From: Octopus vulgaris
Lineage: Eukaryota
DNA length: 64,000 bases
Assembly: GCA_951406725.2 (NCBI GenBank)
Contig: OX597823.1
Span: 31,000,001-31,064,000, forward strand
Reading direction: 5' to 3'
Both the position numbers and the translations under genes were made by a program. How positions within the stretch are numbered: position 1 is the first letter of the stretch; every line of letters starts with the position of its first letter. Under the pieces are notes generated by a model that had not been told where the DNA came from, did no database searches, and saw only the letters and a program-made list of their open reading frames with translations. This document shows positions 13,560 through 27,971 of this stretch, piece by piece.

Positions 13560-15621
13560 GTAAAGCAACAGTGCCCTAATGCTGACATTGGATACAATGA
13601 CCTGATCTACAATAATAAGCTGATTGAAATCGAGGATTCCCTGCTCAAAATGGGTGGGGAAGCGTGGAACACATTCGGTTTGCAATCCTCATTGCGACAG
13701 GACGTTAACACACTCCCACCGAAGTTACTTTTGGAGTTGTCGTATGACGCGGATGGCCTTGCGGAGTACTTGAGAGTAAAGGAACCGAAATTGCTCCCTG
13801 ATCAGAGGCTGGTGTACGAAACTGTCATCACTTCCATTGAAAAACAGGCGGGCTGCATTTTTTCCTCGATGCTGCTAGAGGTTCTGGCAAATCCTTTGTA
13901 ACTCAATTAATACTTGTTATGATTCGTCGCGAGAAACAAATTGCGCTAGCTGTTGCTTCATCAGGAATCGCTACTACGTTATTACCGGGAGGTAGGACGG
14001 CGCACTCGGCATTCAAACTGCCTTTATATTTGGTGAGGGTCGCGGTTCCTACTTGCAACATTGGCAAAAATTCAGAGGAAGCTGAAGTACTTAGACAGTG
14101 CCGTCTCATAAACGTTGTTGCTGGACATTGTTGTAGAGCTGAAAACGAGGCAATTTCTACTCTTCTCCTCTGGAAGCCATCTACTCACGATACCAGAGGG
14201 CGCACACTCTCCTACCCTGATGTAATCTCCAGGGATACAGGCATCCAGCAACAGGACCTCTATAATGCTATGATGGACCGTGAAATCTGGCGTAGCATAG
14301 TGAATTCCATTGTCTCGACCACGGTCGAACAATGATGATGATGATGCCGTCTCATTGTATGGGATGACTGTACAATGACCAATAAGGGTGCCCTTGAGGC
14401 ATTGGACCGGTCACTGAAAGGTATCAGGGATTCTACAGCTTCTATGGGTGGTGTAACTGTATTCCGGCAAACCCTTCCTGTCATCCCTAAAATGAGCCTG
14501 GCTGATGAAGTGCGCGCATGCCTTAAGTCATCCACGTTGTGGCTCCAGGTTCAGACCTTAATCCTAAGCACAAACATGCGTGCGCACTTGCTTGGTGATA
14601 GCACGTCTGTAGCATTTGCTGAAGAGATTTTAGCCCTTGGAGAAGGCAAGGTCCCTAGGAATGATAGGAGCAACATATCCATCTATGAACTGTGCAACAC
14701 CGTTTGGAAACAGTGTTCCCCAATCTGGAAAGTAATTATGCAGACATCAATTGGCTCAGTGAAAGAACCACCCTGGTCAGTGCTATCAACGACCAGCTCA
14801 TAAGCCGAATTCCGGGTGAGGAGCGCATCTACAAGTCGATTGACCGGACCTCTGGCCCACAAGACATTGTCAATTACCCTATCGAGTTTCTCAACTCATT
14901 GGAGCCAGCCGGGCTTCCACCTCACATTCTTAGGCTAAGGGTTGGATGCCCAATTATGCTAATCAGAAACTTGCTTCCGCCTAAACAGTACAACAGGACC
15001 CGCTTAGTAATCAAGTCCCTGACGCCCCACTTGATTGAGGCCACCATTGTTACAGGGTGCAGGAGGGGTGAAAATGTTTTCAATTCAAGGATGCAGCTTT
15101 ATCCCTCGGGGTCAGACATACCGTTTAACTTCCGCAGACAGCAGTTCCCGGTGAGACCATGCTTCGTCATGTCCATCAACAAATCCCAAGGTCAAACACT
15201 ATCGGTGGCAGGCATCCATTTGGGATTTTCCATTCAATCAGGATAAAAAATTGATAAACCGATTCCTTATAGGATTTCTCAATAAAATTGGCTACCATAA
15301 CTTTTACCAATATTGACATATTTTGCTCAAACTTGATGCCAGCATTACTTAGGCCTCATGGGATCTTTGAATGCTTTAAGTTCCCCCCCAACCAAAAAAA
15401 GAAAAAAAAAACAATCGATGAGTGGAAATAATCGATAAACAGATTCCTTATGGGATTTCCCAATCAAATTGCCTGCAACCCATTTTCAGCCAAACGTTTG
15501 CCAATTTCAACGGATTTCGCTCAAATTTGATGTCGGTGTCACTTATTTTGGTTTGAAATAAAGTGCTTGATCACTTAATAATCCTAACTTAATCCCGGGC
15601 AACGCCGGGCTATACTGCTAG
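13560..15621 (+). mobile_element. Helitron relic: PIF1-family helicase pseudogene plus intact 3' terminus
   Basis: VASSGIATTLLPGGRTAHSAFKLP, PIEFLNSLEPAGLPPH, LRVGCPIMLIRNL, RRQQFPVRPCFVMSINKSQGQTL; 3' hairpin CCCGGGCAACGCCGGG followed by CTAG|T at 15618-15622. Confidence 0.92.
14110..14344 (+). mobile_element. 5'-truncated RTE-like LINE 3' end nested in the Helitron helicase
   Basis: 11 bp TSD TGCCGTCTCAT (14099-14109 and 14345-14355), (TGA)n tail, C-terminal AGHCCRAENEAISTLLLW...AMMDREIWRSIV*. Confidence 0.88.
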
Positions 15622-16985
15622 TGAACAATAAGATGGAAAGAAATATAAATAAAATAAAGCCGTTGTCTTAATCAAAATCCTATTTTCCAGTCTCAGTTTC
15701 CCAGCTGCAAGACTTCTATATCGACCTTTGCCTTCCACATGAAGTCTACTTGAACATGCTGGTAATTGTTTAGTAGGAGAGGAAAAGTGGTCCTGGCCTC
15801 AATCGTTTCCTCCTCGTCCACCGTACAGCTGTCGCACTAAGACTCCAGCAATATCCGGGATCATTCTGCACTCATTAGCAATCGTTCTACATACGTATCC
15901 AAGTCAGCAATGATTGTATACCGGACGTGAAGGACGGAGGTCGGATTCACCCCCCCCCCCGCCGCTCTTCAAGTAGCGGCGGCAGATCCTTCAGTTGTCC
16001 ATACTTTGAAGGTTAGATGCTTAACTAGCTGCCGAATAATAATGGTTTCAAAGGCCAGCGATTTCGGGAGAGGGGATAAGTCAATTACATCGACCCCAGT
16101 GTTCAACTGGTACTTATTTTATCGACTCTGAAAGTATGAAAGGCAAAATCGGCGACATCTGAACCTAGAACGTAAAGACGGAAGAAATGCCGCTAAGCAC
16201 TTTGTCCAGCACGCTAACGAGTCTGCCAGCTCATCGCCTCAGTTGCATAATAATAATAATAATGATAATAAAATGAGTGAAATATAACCAGTGCGTGGGT
16301 GCTTATTGGCATAATGACCCTCCCAAGATACAACTAAATATGATTCAACACACGATTTCACTTCAAGACTCTTGCGAAGCAAATGCCAAAACGAAATACT
16401 GCTAAAGATTTTGACTAATCGTATGAGAAGCTAAACTCAAATTCTCTCTCATATTACTGTCAAACTTTGAAGAATTACAGTAATGCCTCGATACAGGAGT
16501 TAATTTGCTCCCAGAGACCGCTCTTAAAGCGAAAACTCGTAAAGCAGAGCAATAATTTGCCATAGTAACAATGAAATTTTATGCTGTCATTTTCTCCGTT
16601 GCTGTGTAGACACGTCAGAACTAGTATTACCATATGTTGCGACGCTGCCACAAACACAAAATGGCCGTTTAACCTTTTTAAACTCGGTGTCTTGTAAAGC
16701 GGCTAAAGTGAGGTGTTACTGTATTTATAATCCTCGACCTTAGACTGGTGGGAATGAGTAACAGATGAAAGTAACCCCGAATCGAAATCCTAGCTGCAAT
16801 GCTTGCAACAGAGCCCCCTTCAGTAAAGATTTGCAAGGTGCCAGGCAATGAAGTTAAACCGGGTTACAGACTGAATTGAGTTTATTCTTTTCAAACAGCT
16901 TTAAAAATAAGAACGGAGATTCTACCGATAAGGGATACAACACTGAGAGAAGAGTCAACCATATCAAATTCATATTATAAACAGA

Positions 16986-17055
<70 letters not shown>

Positions 17056-17097
17056 TGTATGTATGTATGTATGTATGTATCTAAATAGGTATATCTC

Positions 17098-17148
<51 letters not shown>

Positions 17149-17262
17149 GAAGAGTGTTTATAATTATGTACAAATAACTAAGAGGGTTTCAAAAACCCCT
17201 ACATCTTTAGAAATAGCAGTCAAAAACCACTATCAAGCCATCATTCTCACTCATATTATCTC

Positions 17263-17664
17263 TCCTCGCAATAAATGCTGTCTGTGGGCCACATGACGTA
17301 TAAAATCCACAACTTAAAAATAAAAGGTTAACTTTCTATTGCAAATTCGACGTTAGGAAACTGTTAAGGATCCCTTTCGCCTCTTCAGGAGAATATTCCT
17401 ATAGACAGAAATTGATACGTTTAAATTCAGAATTTGAATGTGTAGATAGAGGTTGACACATTATTCTTGCCGGTCGCGATACATGTAAGCCCCAAAGTAA
17501 GGTTTTATATCAATTTCTATCTATAGGAATATTCTCCTGAAGAGACGAATGGGATCCTTTATAAGTTCCTAACTTCGAAATTGCAATAGAGAATTAACCT
17601 TTTATTTTTAAGTTTTGGATTTTATATGTCATGTCGCTCGCAGACGACAATTTCTCACGGGGAG
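17263..17664. mobile_element. HHR-bearing fold-back element (arms ~17263-17417 and 17508-17664)
   Basis: The arms are diverged reverse complements, and each holds a hammerhead motif. Confidence 0.85.
17531..17594 (+). ncRNA. minimal type I hammerhead ribozyme (mirror copy at 17331-17394 minus)
   Basis: ATTCTC-CTGAAGA-GACG...CTTC-GAA-ATTGCAAT-A-GAGAAT; 6 bp stem I, palindromic stem III. Stem II pairs better in the mirror copy (GGCG/CGTC). Confidence 0.75.
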
Positions 17665-17669
17665 TTGTC

Positions 17670-17880
17670 CACATTTTCGTAAATTTTTACTTCAAAACTG
17701 GAAAACCTGGCTATCGAGTAAAGGAAGACAACTCTCTCGGCCATAATTTTATAAGAGGAATATTTCTTGAACTATCACCGGCCTTCTTTGCAGAGATCAG
17801 TTATCGTTTAAAGAAACTGAAGAGATGCTTAGTTCACGCTAGATATGAAACCAATGTTTTTTTTCTTAACTGTTACTTTA
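17670..17880 (+). repeat. dispersed repeat, second copy at ~53395-53626
   Basis: Shared GGAAGACAACTC...GGCCATAATTTT...GAACTATCACCGGC...AGTTCACGCTAGATATGAAACCAATG. Confidence 0.85.
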
Positions 17881-17964
17881 CTCATACAAAAATAAACAAC
17901 TGCTCTATATTTTATAGGCTATGCTCTTCTCCTGATTTATGATCCCATAACGAAGATATATGAT

Positions 17965-18170
17965 AGATCGCTAGCCACTAAACCTTTTTCTATTCTCTCT
18001 CCCTGTTTATTTCTGTGTTCCTTTGTGTTGAAGAGCGTAGGCTCGAAACATAAAAGGACTTTCTCACTTCCCGAGCGTTAAACTAATACATCTGTTTTTT
18101 GTTTACACACCCGTCTTCGTATTTTGAATTTTTGTTGGTTATTTTTTTTTTTTTTGTAAATTCTCACTAT
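17965..18170 (+). mobile_element. Penelope pLTR-like short element with variant HHR (copies at 21340-21530, 53905-54060; partial 20258-20360 minus)
   Basis: CTTT-(C/G)TGTYGA-A-GAGCGTAGGCTC-GAAACGTA-AAAG motif and a shared tail running into (TA)n. Confidence 0.75.
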
Positions 18171-18182
18171 ACGTTAATCTGT

Positions 18183-18399
18183 CGACTGTCGCGGGTGTTA
18201 CGTCACTTCAACATTACTCCCCGCAATAGGTGAAAATTCACGAAGTAGAAACAGTACTGTATTGCATATATTGTTTTTATTATTTTTATAATTTGTATAT
18301 ATTTATTTTATTATAAAGGCAAAACAACACCAAGGAGGAATCGACGTAAGCTTAAATAATAAACCGCGATGAGTGAACCGCGATATGGCGAGAGATTAA

Positions 18400-18403
<4 letters not shown>
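18183..18403. mobile_element. Tigger/pogo-like MITE remnant
   Basis: 3' end AACCGCGATGAGTGAACCGCGATATGGCGAGAGATTAATGTA resembles a Tigger-type TIR. Confidence 0.4.
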
Positions 18404-18452
<49 letters not shown>

Positions 18453-19084
18453 GTATGTTATCTATACATATACAAGTACATCAAGAGAGAGAAAAATAAG
18501 ACTGATGAGAGAAGGACAGATTGAAAATATGAGAGCGAGAGAGAGAGAGAGAGAGAGTTTGTGGGGTTGCTGACAGAAGCTGGAATAGAAAAGTGCTGTT
18601 GATTTAGAGAAGACTTAATTATTTTATTGACTGAATAGTCAATTAAAATCGGGAAATTAGGACTTAAATTGCATCAAATGTGCTGAAACGAAACCCTGAT
18701 TAAGACTTGACAGCAGTAGCCTAATGTACATTGACATTTAATTAGTGTCACGACTCGGGTGGGTGGTGAATTATATGCACTTCTTAACGATAGCTAACGC
18801 TGCATGTGTTTCAGTAACTGTTTATGTTCTTTTTGTTGTTGTTGTTGTTTCTGTTTTTGCTGCTGTTGTTGTTTGTTGTTGTTGCTGTTGTTGATGATGA
18901 TGATGATGATGATGATGATGACGTTGGTTTTGTCGGTTTGTTGAATAGACATTTTCATGTCTACATCATTTGCTGTTATTGACTGTTCAGTCTCGTTGTT
19001 GGTGATGGTAGATCTATCTGTCAGTCTGCCTATCGGTCTGTTTATCGCTCTCTCTCTCACTATCTCTTTCTTTCTTTCTCTCTT

Positions 19085-19121
<37 letters not shown>

Positions 19122-19246
19122 CTATTACTCTCTGTCTCTCTTTCTCTCTCTTTATCCACTTAAATATCTGTTTGTCCGTTTGTCGTTCTCTCTGTCTGCC
19201 TGTCTGTCTGTCTATCCATCTGTCTGTCTGTCTATTTACCTACCTA

Positions 19247-19313
<67 letters not shown>

Positions 19314-19323
19314 GTCTGTCTGC

Positions 19324-19381
<58 letters not shown>

Positions 19382-19388
19382 GTCTATA

Positions 19389-19429
<41 letters not shown>

Positions 19430-19839
19430 GACAATTTTTAGCCGCATGGTTCCGGGTTCAGTCCCACTGCGTGGTACCTTGGGAAAGTGTCTTCTCCTAT
19501 AGCCTCGGGGTGACGAAAGTCTTGTGAGTGAATTTAGTAGATGGAAACTGAAAGACGCCCGTCGTATATATAAATATATATTTCTTTACTACCCACAAGG
19601 GGCTAAACATAGAGGGGACAAACAAGGACAGACAAACGGATTAAGTCGATTACATCAACCCCGTGCGCAACTGGTACTTTATTTATCGACCCCGAGAGGA
19701 TTAAAGGCAAAATCGACCTCGGCGGAATTTGAACTCAGAACGTAACGACAGACGAAATACCGCTAAGCATTTCGCCCGGCGCGCTAACGTTTCTGCCAGC
19801 TCGTCGCCTCGCCCGTCGTATATATAAATATAATGAGTC

Positions 19840-20201
19840 GACACCTTCGGTCACAAATGACCATCGGTGCACCTAAGAAGTTTCCCTCCGGGGTACAAGT
19901 CTGGGCGAAAAGTCGCCTCACTGACGAACGCACAACCTGGGGTTGTTTTTATGGAAGACGAGCAATCGCCAATGCATACAGGCCTCCCCTCTTCACGCTA
20001 CGGATGTTATCTAAGGGAATGGCAAAGGGGCCGATACCGCTTGGTATCAGTGCCGAGGTAACTCAGTTTCTACAGCTGAGTGAACTGGAGCAACGTGAAA
20101 TAAAGTGCTTGCTCAAGAACAACACGCATCCTGGTCCGAGAATCGAACTCACAGCCTCACGATCGTAAACTCGATGCCCTAACCACTAAACCATGCGCCT
20201 T

Positions 20202-20203
<2 letters not shown>
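19840..20203 (-). mobile_element. tRNA-derived SINE, family D (second copy ~28985-29311)
   Basis: Minus-strand head GAAGGCGCATGGTTTAGTGGTTAGGGCATCG...GTGAGTTCGATTC; body shared with 28985-29311. Confidence 0.8.
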
Positions 20204-20245
<42 letters not shown>

Positions 20246-20366
20246 GAGACATATAGGGAGAATTCACAAAAAAGACAAAAGACGAAGACAGGTGGTGTAG
20301 ACAACAAACAGATTTATTAGATTAACGCAAAGGAAGTGAAAAAGTCTTTAACGTTTCAAGACAAAT

Positions 20367-20425
<59 letters not shown>

Positions 20426-20719
20426 TATATATATATATATATATATTTTTTTTTTTTATGTATGTATGTATATATGTACATATATTTATGTGTGTGTATT
20501 TGTGTTTGTCACCCCCACCATGCCTTGGCAACCGATGTTGGTGTGTTTACATTCCCGTAACTTAGCGGTTCGGCATGAATTGATCGATAGAATAAGTAGC
20601 AGACTTACAAATAAGTCCTGAAGTCGATTTGTTCGAGTAAACGGTGGCGCTCCGTCACAGCCGCAGTCAAATGACTGCAACACGTAAAAGAATAAAAGGA
20701 TAAAAGAATATATCTGTAG

Positions 20720-21174
20720 ATATCTATTCTCTCCAACGTCGTCGTGAGCGCTACATCATCTGCATGATGTGGAAAATATTCCATCAGCATTGCCCAAATG
20801 ATGTTGGCATCACCTTTAAGGTACATCCAAGGCTTGGGCCCCGTGCCATCCGCCCAAAACAAAAATCGCACTCTCATCTCATAACAACAATACGGCACAA
20901 TTATTTCACCTCAATTGGCCCCGCTCTCTTTAACATTACACCAAAACACATTAAAACAGAAACTGACCCTATAGGGTTCAAGAAGTCTTTGGACAGATTC
21001 CTTCAAGAAATCCCGGATAAACCCCCTACACCCGGATATGTCTCTGTAAACAATAACTCTCTACTTGAGTGGGCCATAGTGCCCAAATTCTGACTTGAAA
21101 GACTTCACCAGGTGGTGCTATTAAGTTAGACATGGCCTGGGCCAATAATGGCCGAAACCTATCAAAGTATCAAA

Positions 21175-21175
<1 letters not shown>
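20720..21175 (+). pseudogene. CR1-group LINE ORF2 C-terminus and 3' UTR
   Basis: RRERYIICMMWKI...NYFTSIGPALFN...FKKSLDRFLQEIPDKP...NSLLEW*, followed by a short tandem TATCAAAG tail. Confidence 0.75.
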
Positions 21176-21265
<90 letters not shown>

Positions 21266-21835
21266 TGTATGTATGTATGTATGTATGTACATATATATAT
21301 ATGTATATATATGTATATATATATATACATATTCGCCATGATAGATTCCTAGCCATTAAACCGTTTCTATTTTCTCTCCCTGTTTATTTCTGTGTTCCTC
21401 TCTGTCGAAGAGCATAGGCTCGAAACGTAAATGACTTTCTCACTTCCCGAGCCTTAAACTAATATATCTGTTTGTTGTTTACACACCCGTCTTCTTCTTT
21501 TTTTTTTTTTTTGTGAATTCTTACAATATATATATGTATATACATACACACATAGACAGGCACACGCACATGCACACTGCTCACGTACGCACTCTCAACT
21601 ATATATATATAAATGTTAACATAAGGTTATTACGGTAAAGCACATTTAAAAATAACATCGGAGCATTTACTACTTGTGTGATTCTAAACTGAGACTAGAG
21701 TCAAATTTATTGTGAAGTACCGAATATCAAGTTGTTCTGTACCTCACAATATTTATCTGCATACATATATACACACACACCCGCAAATGCATACATACTT
21801 TCATACATACATGCAGACAGACAGACGTACGTACG

Positions 21836-21887
<52 letters not shown>

Positions 21888-22194
21888 TATATACATAGGT
21901 ATATGTACATACCTACATATATATGTATATATACATGCATATATGGGTACAGGACATAAAAAAGTCAACAAAATGAGAAACGGGACAGGCTACATAAAGA
22001 ACATTCCCTTCGTCTGTTGTCCCCTGTTTTATCTACTCCGCGTTCAGAAGGTAGGGATAAGACGCGACTTCGTTAAAACAGTCCTTCACGCGAAGCAAAT
22101 TATATAAAACCTGAGATCTTTTGCAGAGGGTTAAAGTAGTAACAAAAAACAGGACAGTAAGAACAAACCAGTAAAAACAAACGGTGAGGGCGTG

Positions 22195-22349
<155 letters not shown>

Positions 22350-24489
22350 GTGTATATATGTATATATACACACGCACTCAGACTCATTTGATTAATGAGC
22401 TAGACGGGAGATGGAAGATACTAGAATGTTTATTGATCACTACAATTGTTTCGACCCATCTAGCATCGATCTCGCCCATGAGTCAAGTATCCAACGAACA
22501 CTGCAAAAGTCAACGTGCTTTATAGGTAAGCTACCAGGTGTATACCATTCGATTTATTATCTAATATATATATATACATATATATATGCGTGTGTGTCTG
22601 TGTGTGCGCGCGTTGTGGGAGTATGTGTATGTGTGCGTGTGGCTGTATATACCTACGCATGTATGCAAATATTACGAAGTGGTGCTGTAATCTCGGTGTC
22701 ACAAATCTGCTCGAACTGGGCTAGCCGTGAGTAATGAGAATCATTTCGTTGGCGTATTACGAAGATGACAATAAGGTGCAGCTGTATAGTTGGTTGGTGT
22801 CAAAGTAACAATGGAGGCCGAGGAGATCTAACATTTTTGCACCAAGAAGACGGCCTTGGTGCAACAGATGAGTAACCGGGAAATGCTACAAGAACTGAGA
22901 TTCTAATCTTTACAGTGAAAAAGCAAATGATATGCAATGCTATCTATATGGAGGGTCTTGTACCTAAATTTTAGACTGTAAGCTATATCAGTTCTCGAAG
23001 GATGCTACTGTATACTTATTTCTTTATCGCCCTCAAGGGGATAAACATAGAGGGGACAAACTAGGACAGACAAAGGGATTAAGTCAATTACATGGACTCC
23101 AGTGCGTAACTGGTACTTAAGTTATCGACCGCGGAAAGATGAAAGGCAAAGTCGACCTCGGCGGAATTTGAATTCAGAACGTAAAGACAGACGAAATACC
23201 TATTTCTTTACTACCCACAAGGGGCTAAACACAGAGAGGACAAACAAGGACAGACAAACGGATTAAGTCGATTATATCAACCCCAGTGCGTAACTGGTAC
23301 TTATTTAATCGACCCCGAAAGGATGAAAGGCAAAGTCGACCTCGGCGGAATTTGAACTCAGAACATAAAGACAGAGGAAATACCGCTAGGCATTTCGCCC
23401 GGCGTGCTAACGTTTCTGCCATGCTAAAAGTCTAACCGTTTTCATCTTAAATAAGGACTTAATTCGTAGGGTTTAAAGGCGCCCAGCTTTTTAATTCGTC
23501 CCTCCACATACACGCAAAATGCAGATCTACGTGGTGTGGATGTAGATGTGTTCAAAATACATCAAGACAAATTTGTATTCGAGTTAGCAAGTGAACTAAC
23601 ATCACGCGAAGAAACATAAATGAGGGCGCCGTTGTCCAACTCCCGCATTCACTGTAAACAAACTTAGAGAGAGTACTACGGAAACCAAGCGAAATAAACT
23701 AATATTCACACCAATGTAGGTTTTCTTTGAGATTTATTTAAGTTTTTCTTTATGGAATTCAAATTGGTCGCAAATAGAATGACGAGAATTTTTTAGCCAA
23801 GATAGTTCTCGGCATTTGTAAATATGTGGTTGATTTACAATTTGGATTCATGTAAGTGTATGCACTAGCATTTATGTCCTGTGTGGACATGTCATTCTAT
23901 ACCTAGACGTCTGTGCTCGCGTACGTGTGTGTTTATCGTTACTTTTAATATGTGTGTCTTTGTAGATGTAGACAACCAAGTGAGTGAATATATTCACTTT
24001 AAAAATCTCAGATCGAGAACCTTCGGAATGTCCGTCAAATTTTCATTGTACCACTAATAAATTGGATTCGTAGAATGCACATCAGCTTCTTTTGCTCCCT
24101 TAAAGAAAATCCTAGCATTTCTAGGGTTTTGTCTATATTTCTGTCTTTTTCTTTGTCTGTCTATCTGTCTGTCTGTATGTATATGTGAAGGCGCATGGCT
24201 CAGTGGTTAGGGCATCGGATTTACAATTGTGAGGATGTGAGTTCGATTCATGGGCCGAGTTGTATGTTGTGCTGGTAGCAAGCTCTATCGGCCTTTGACT
24301 TTCCCTTGGACAACGTCGGTGGCGTGGAGTGGGGAAGCTGGTATGTACAGACGACTGCTGGTCTTCTACAAATAACTTTGTCCGAACTCGTGCCTCGGTG
24401 GGAAAGTTTCAAAGTGCAATCCCATGGTCATTCGTGACCAAAGAGTGTTTTACATGTATGTATGTGCACACAATCTCTTCCATTCTTCA

Positions 24490-24700
24490 CACCGCCTAAT
24501 GGTCCCAGCAGACAAAATGTGAGAGGCGTCGCCCTGGGAGATGGCGAAGATGATGTGCTGGAATAGTCACTTTCACTCATGGGCTCGCACTTGCAGATAA
24601 CCATCTGCGGCCCGATAGCGGTGAGCAGGGATATGGTCCGATGGCCGAGAACACCAGAGGTCCACGCTGCCACAAGCTCGCCCATTTTCTGCATCCATGC
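24490..24700 (-). other. unique GC-richer island, possible host exon
   Basis: Non-repetitive and higher in GC than its flanks; open frame MQKMGELVAAWTSG...MSESDYSSTSSSPSPRATP; no recognisable domain. Confidence 0.25.
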
Positions 24701-25429
24701 TAGCTGAGTGGGGTACACCCCGATTAAGATGTGATGGGTATTTTTTTGCGATTGGTTTATTTAAGGTCAACTCCCTGGTTATGCTGGTAGTCGGTAGTGG
24801 TAAGATGGATGGCTGGATCAAAAGCAAATTTCGCAGGGGTGGTTGCTAGTGTAACAGAAAAATGAAGGAGGATATACAAATATATGTATATGTGTGTATA
24901 TATACGTGAGAGTATGCATGGGAGCATGCAAGGACACGTGTGTGTGTGCGTGTGTGCGTCTCGGATAATGAAATAAAGATGGAAGTTTGCATGGTTTAAC
25001 TCGTTTGTAAACGTGACATAACAAACGGAGTAAATTTAATTAGAAAACATATTTTTTAATGGTTCAATGAGAAGAAAAGACGAGCTAGTACTGGTAACCT
25101 CTTTTCCAGACGCTCGTGTCCTGGTGGGTGGGACGGGAGAGAGATGGACGGAAAGGAGGAAGTTATATTAAGACAAGCGAACTGATACGTAAAACTGCAA
25201 CAGAATGTACTTTGCCAAAGACCCCTAAGGGTCACCAGGTGGTAGATGGTATTGTCTGGTGATTGATTATGACAACTGCCATGTTAGTTGGGAGAGACAA
25301 AACAGTCGTTGTAGTAGTAGTAGTGGTGGTGGTGGTGGTGGTAGTAGCAGTAGTGTAGTGGTGGTGGTGGTAGTAGTAGTAGTTGTAGTAGTAGTAGTAG
25401 CAGCAGCTGTGGCGGCGGCGATGGTGATG

Positions 25430-25472
<43 letters not shown>

Positions 25473-26233
25473 CAGCAGCTGTGGAGGCGGCAGTGGTGGT
25501 ATAGTAGTAGTAGATAATAGGCGCAGTGATCAGAAGCTTGCTTCTCAACCACATGGTTCCGGGTTCAGTCCCACTGCATGGCACCTTGGGCAAGTGTCTT
25601 CTACTATAGCCTCGAGTCGGCCAAAGCCTTGTGAGTGGATATGGCAGACGGAAACTGAAAGAAGCTGGTCGTATATATACGCGCGCACGCACACACACAC
25701 ACACCTACCCCACTCAGACACACACACACGCACTCACACACATAGATATACACACACCATACATATCTGTGCGTGTATATATCTACGCGTGTATGTCTGT
25801 GTCCGTGTTTATCGTCCACCACCGCTTGACCAACAGGTGTTGTGTGTTTACATCCCCGTAACTTAGTCGTTCGGCAAAAGAGACCGATATAATAATTACA
25901 AGACTTCAAAAATTATCAAGTCCTTGGAACGGTTTGTTTCACTAAAAGCCTTCAATGAAAGCGATGCCCCAGCATGGCCGCAGTCTGATGCAAATGATAA
26001 AACAAGATGACAATAATGATTTCATATTATGCCTGAAGGCCAGCAAGTTCGGCGTGGTGGGGGAGGTAAGTCGATTAGATCCGTTCCAGTAATCAACTGG
26101 TACTTATTTTATCGACTCCGATGGATGAATAGCAAAGTCGACCCTGGCAGGATTTGAACCCAGAACGCAAAGACGGACGAAATGCTGCAAAGCATTTTGC
26201 ACGGCGTGTTAACGATTCTACCAGCTCACCACC

Positions 26234-26235
<2 letters not shown>

Positions 26236-26328
<93 letters not shown>

Positions 26329-26422
26329 CATGATCATGATGATGATGATCATGATGATGATGATGATGATGATGAAGATGATGATGATGTTGATGATGAT
26401 GATGTTGATGATGATGATGATA

Positions 26423-26454
<32 letters not shown>

Positions 26455-26485
26455 AATAATAATAATAATAATGATGATGATGATG

Positions 26486-26517
<32 letters not shown>

Positions 26518-26524
26518 GATGATA

Positions 26525-26581
<57 letters not shown>

Positions 26582-26640
26582 GTGATGATGATGGTGGTGA
26601 TGATGATGATAATAATAACAACAATAATAATAATAATAAT
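26236..26640. repeat. compound (AAT)/(GAT) microsatellite
   Basis: Seen directly. Confidence 0.95.
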
Positions 26641-26819
26641 CCTTTCTACTAAAGGCAAAATGCCTGAAATATTGGGGTAGAGTGTAAATCGATCACATCG
26701 ACTCCAGTGCTCCACTGGTACTTGTTTCATAGACCCGTGAAAGAGTGACAGACAAAGTCAACCCCAGCGCGATATGAACCAACAACATAAGGACGGACGA
26801 AATGCTCGCCACCTTAATA

Positions 26820-27071
26820 CAAGAACATACATCACTACCATACGTGTGACCTTGCAGGTGGGGCCCAATTAGAATTTTCTTCAGGTCGAGTAACTCATCT
26901 TTGGGGTTTGGATATTTCATCCCTGGAAACATGGGTGTTTCGTTCAACATCCTTAAGCAACCCTTATACAGGGATTTTTTGAGCGGGATGGGATATTCGA
27001 CCTGAAGAAAATTCTAATTGGGCCGGCCCCAAGCTGCAAGGTCACACGTATGGTTATGATGCATATTCTTG
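26820..27071. mobile_element. MITE with ~80 bp imperfect TIRs
   Basis: CAAGAACATACATCA..CCATACGTGTGACCTTGCAG..CCCAATTAGAATTTTCTTCAGGTCGA is mirrored at ~26997-27071. Confidence 0.85.
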
Positions 27072-27228
27072 TAACTACTTACAACATCCATACGGATAAC
27101 TTTTTGCGCATTTCATCTTCAAATTATGATTACTATAATTTGTACGGAATTCTGGGCTTCCTGAAACTATCGTCGAGTTAATAAATTAGAGATTTTCTTT
27201 ATAGCTTATTATGTATCTTTTGTGCTTA

Positions 27229-27337
<109 letters not shown>

Positions 27338-27570
27338 TGTGTGTGTGTGTGTAATTTATGTATGTATCAAACCTGACTGTGCTTATCGCCAATACCACCT
27401 CCACATCCACTCAATTTGGATTTCTGTCTTAGCCATCCTTGACGTCGAGGTTGTTGCCCCGGATGAAGAATTCAGAGTTAAAACTCAAATTCATTATTAT
27501 GCACAACTACGTGTTTTCTATGATAATCATATCTACCACTCACCAACTCTGCGTGTGTATGGGTGTATGG

Positions 27571-27601
<31 letters not shown>

Positions 27602-27690
27602 GAAGCACACACATAGACACAAACAAACGTACATACACAGACATATATTCATATATATTACACTCGTACATATGCATATGTATGTATGCA

Positions 27691-27724
<34 letters not shown>

Positions 27725-27764
27725 CAGACACACACACATATGTATATAGAAGTATATATATATA

Positions 27765-27815
<51 letters not shown>

Positions 27816-27853
27816 TATTTATATATATTCATATACATATATACATATGTATA

Positions 27854-27885
<32 letters not shown>

Positions 27886-27933
27886 CATACATATATGCCT
27901 ATAAGCATGTATGCATGTATATCTATACACGCA

Positions 27934-27971
<38 letters not shown>

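Noticed and set aside
22436-22465. HHR 3' halves on the minus strand (GAAACAATTGTA here; similar at ~1600, ~1880 and ~58545)
   Set aside because: No CUGANGA core found, so at best truncated relics.
23017-23420. Repeated SINE units resembling a spacer array
   Set aside because: Tandem SINE family B segments; no constant repeat/unique spacer periodicity, and the context is eukaryotic.
26182-26652. Asp/Asn-rich 156-aa ORF resembling an acidic biomineralisation protein
   Set aside because: Starts inside a SINE and consists purely of (AAT)/(GAT) microsatellite.
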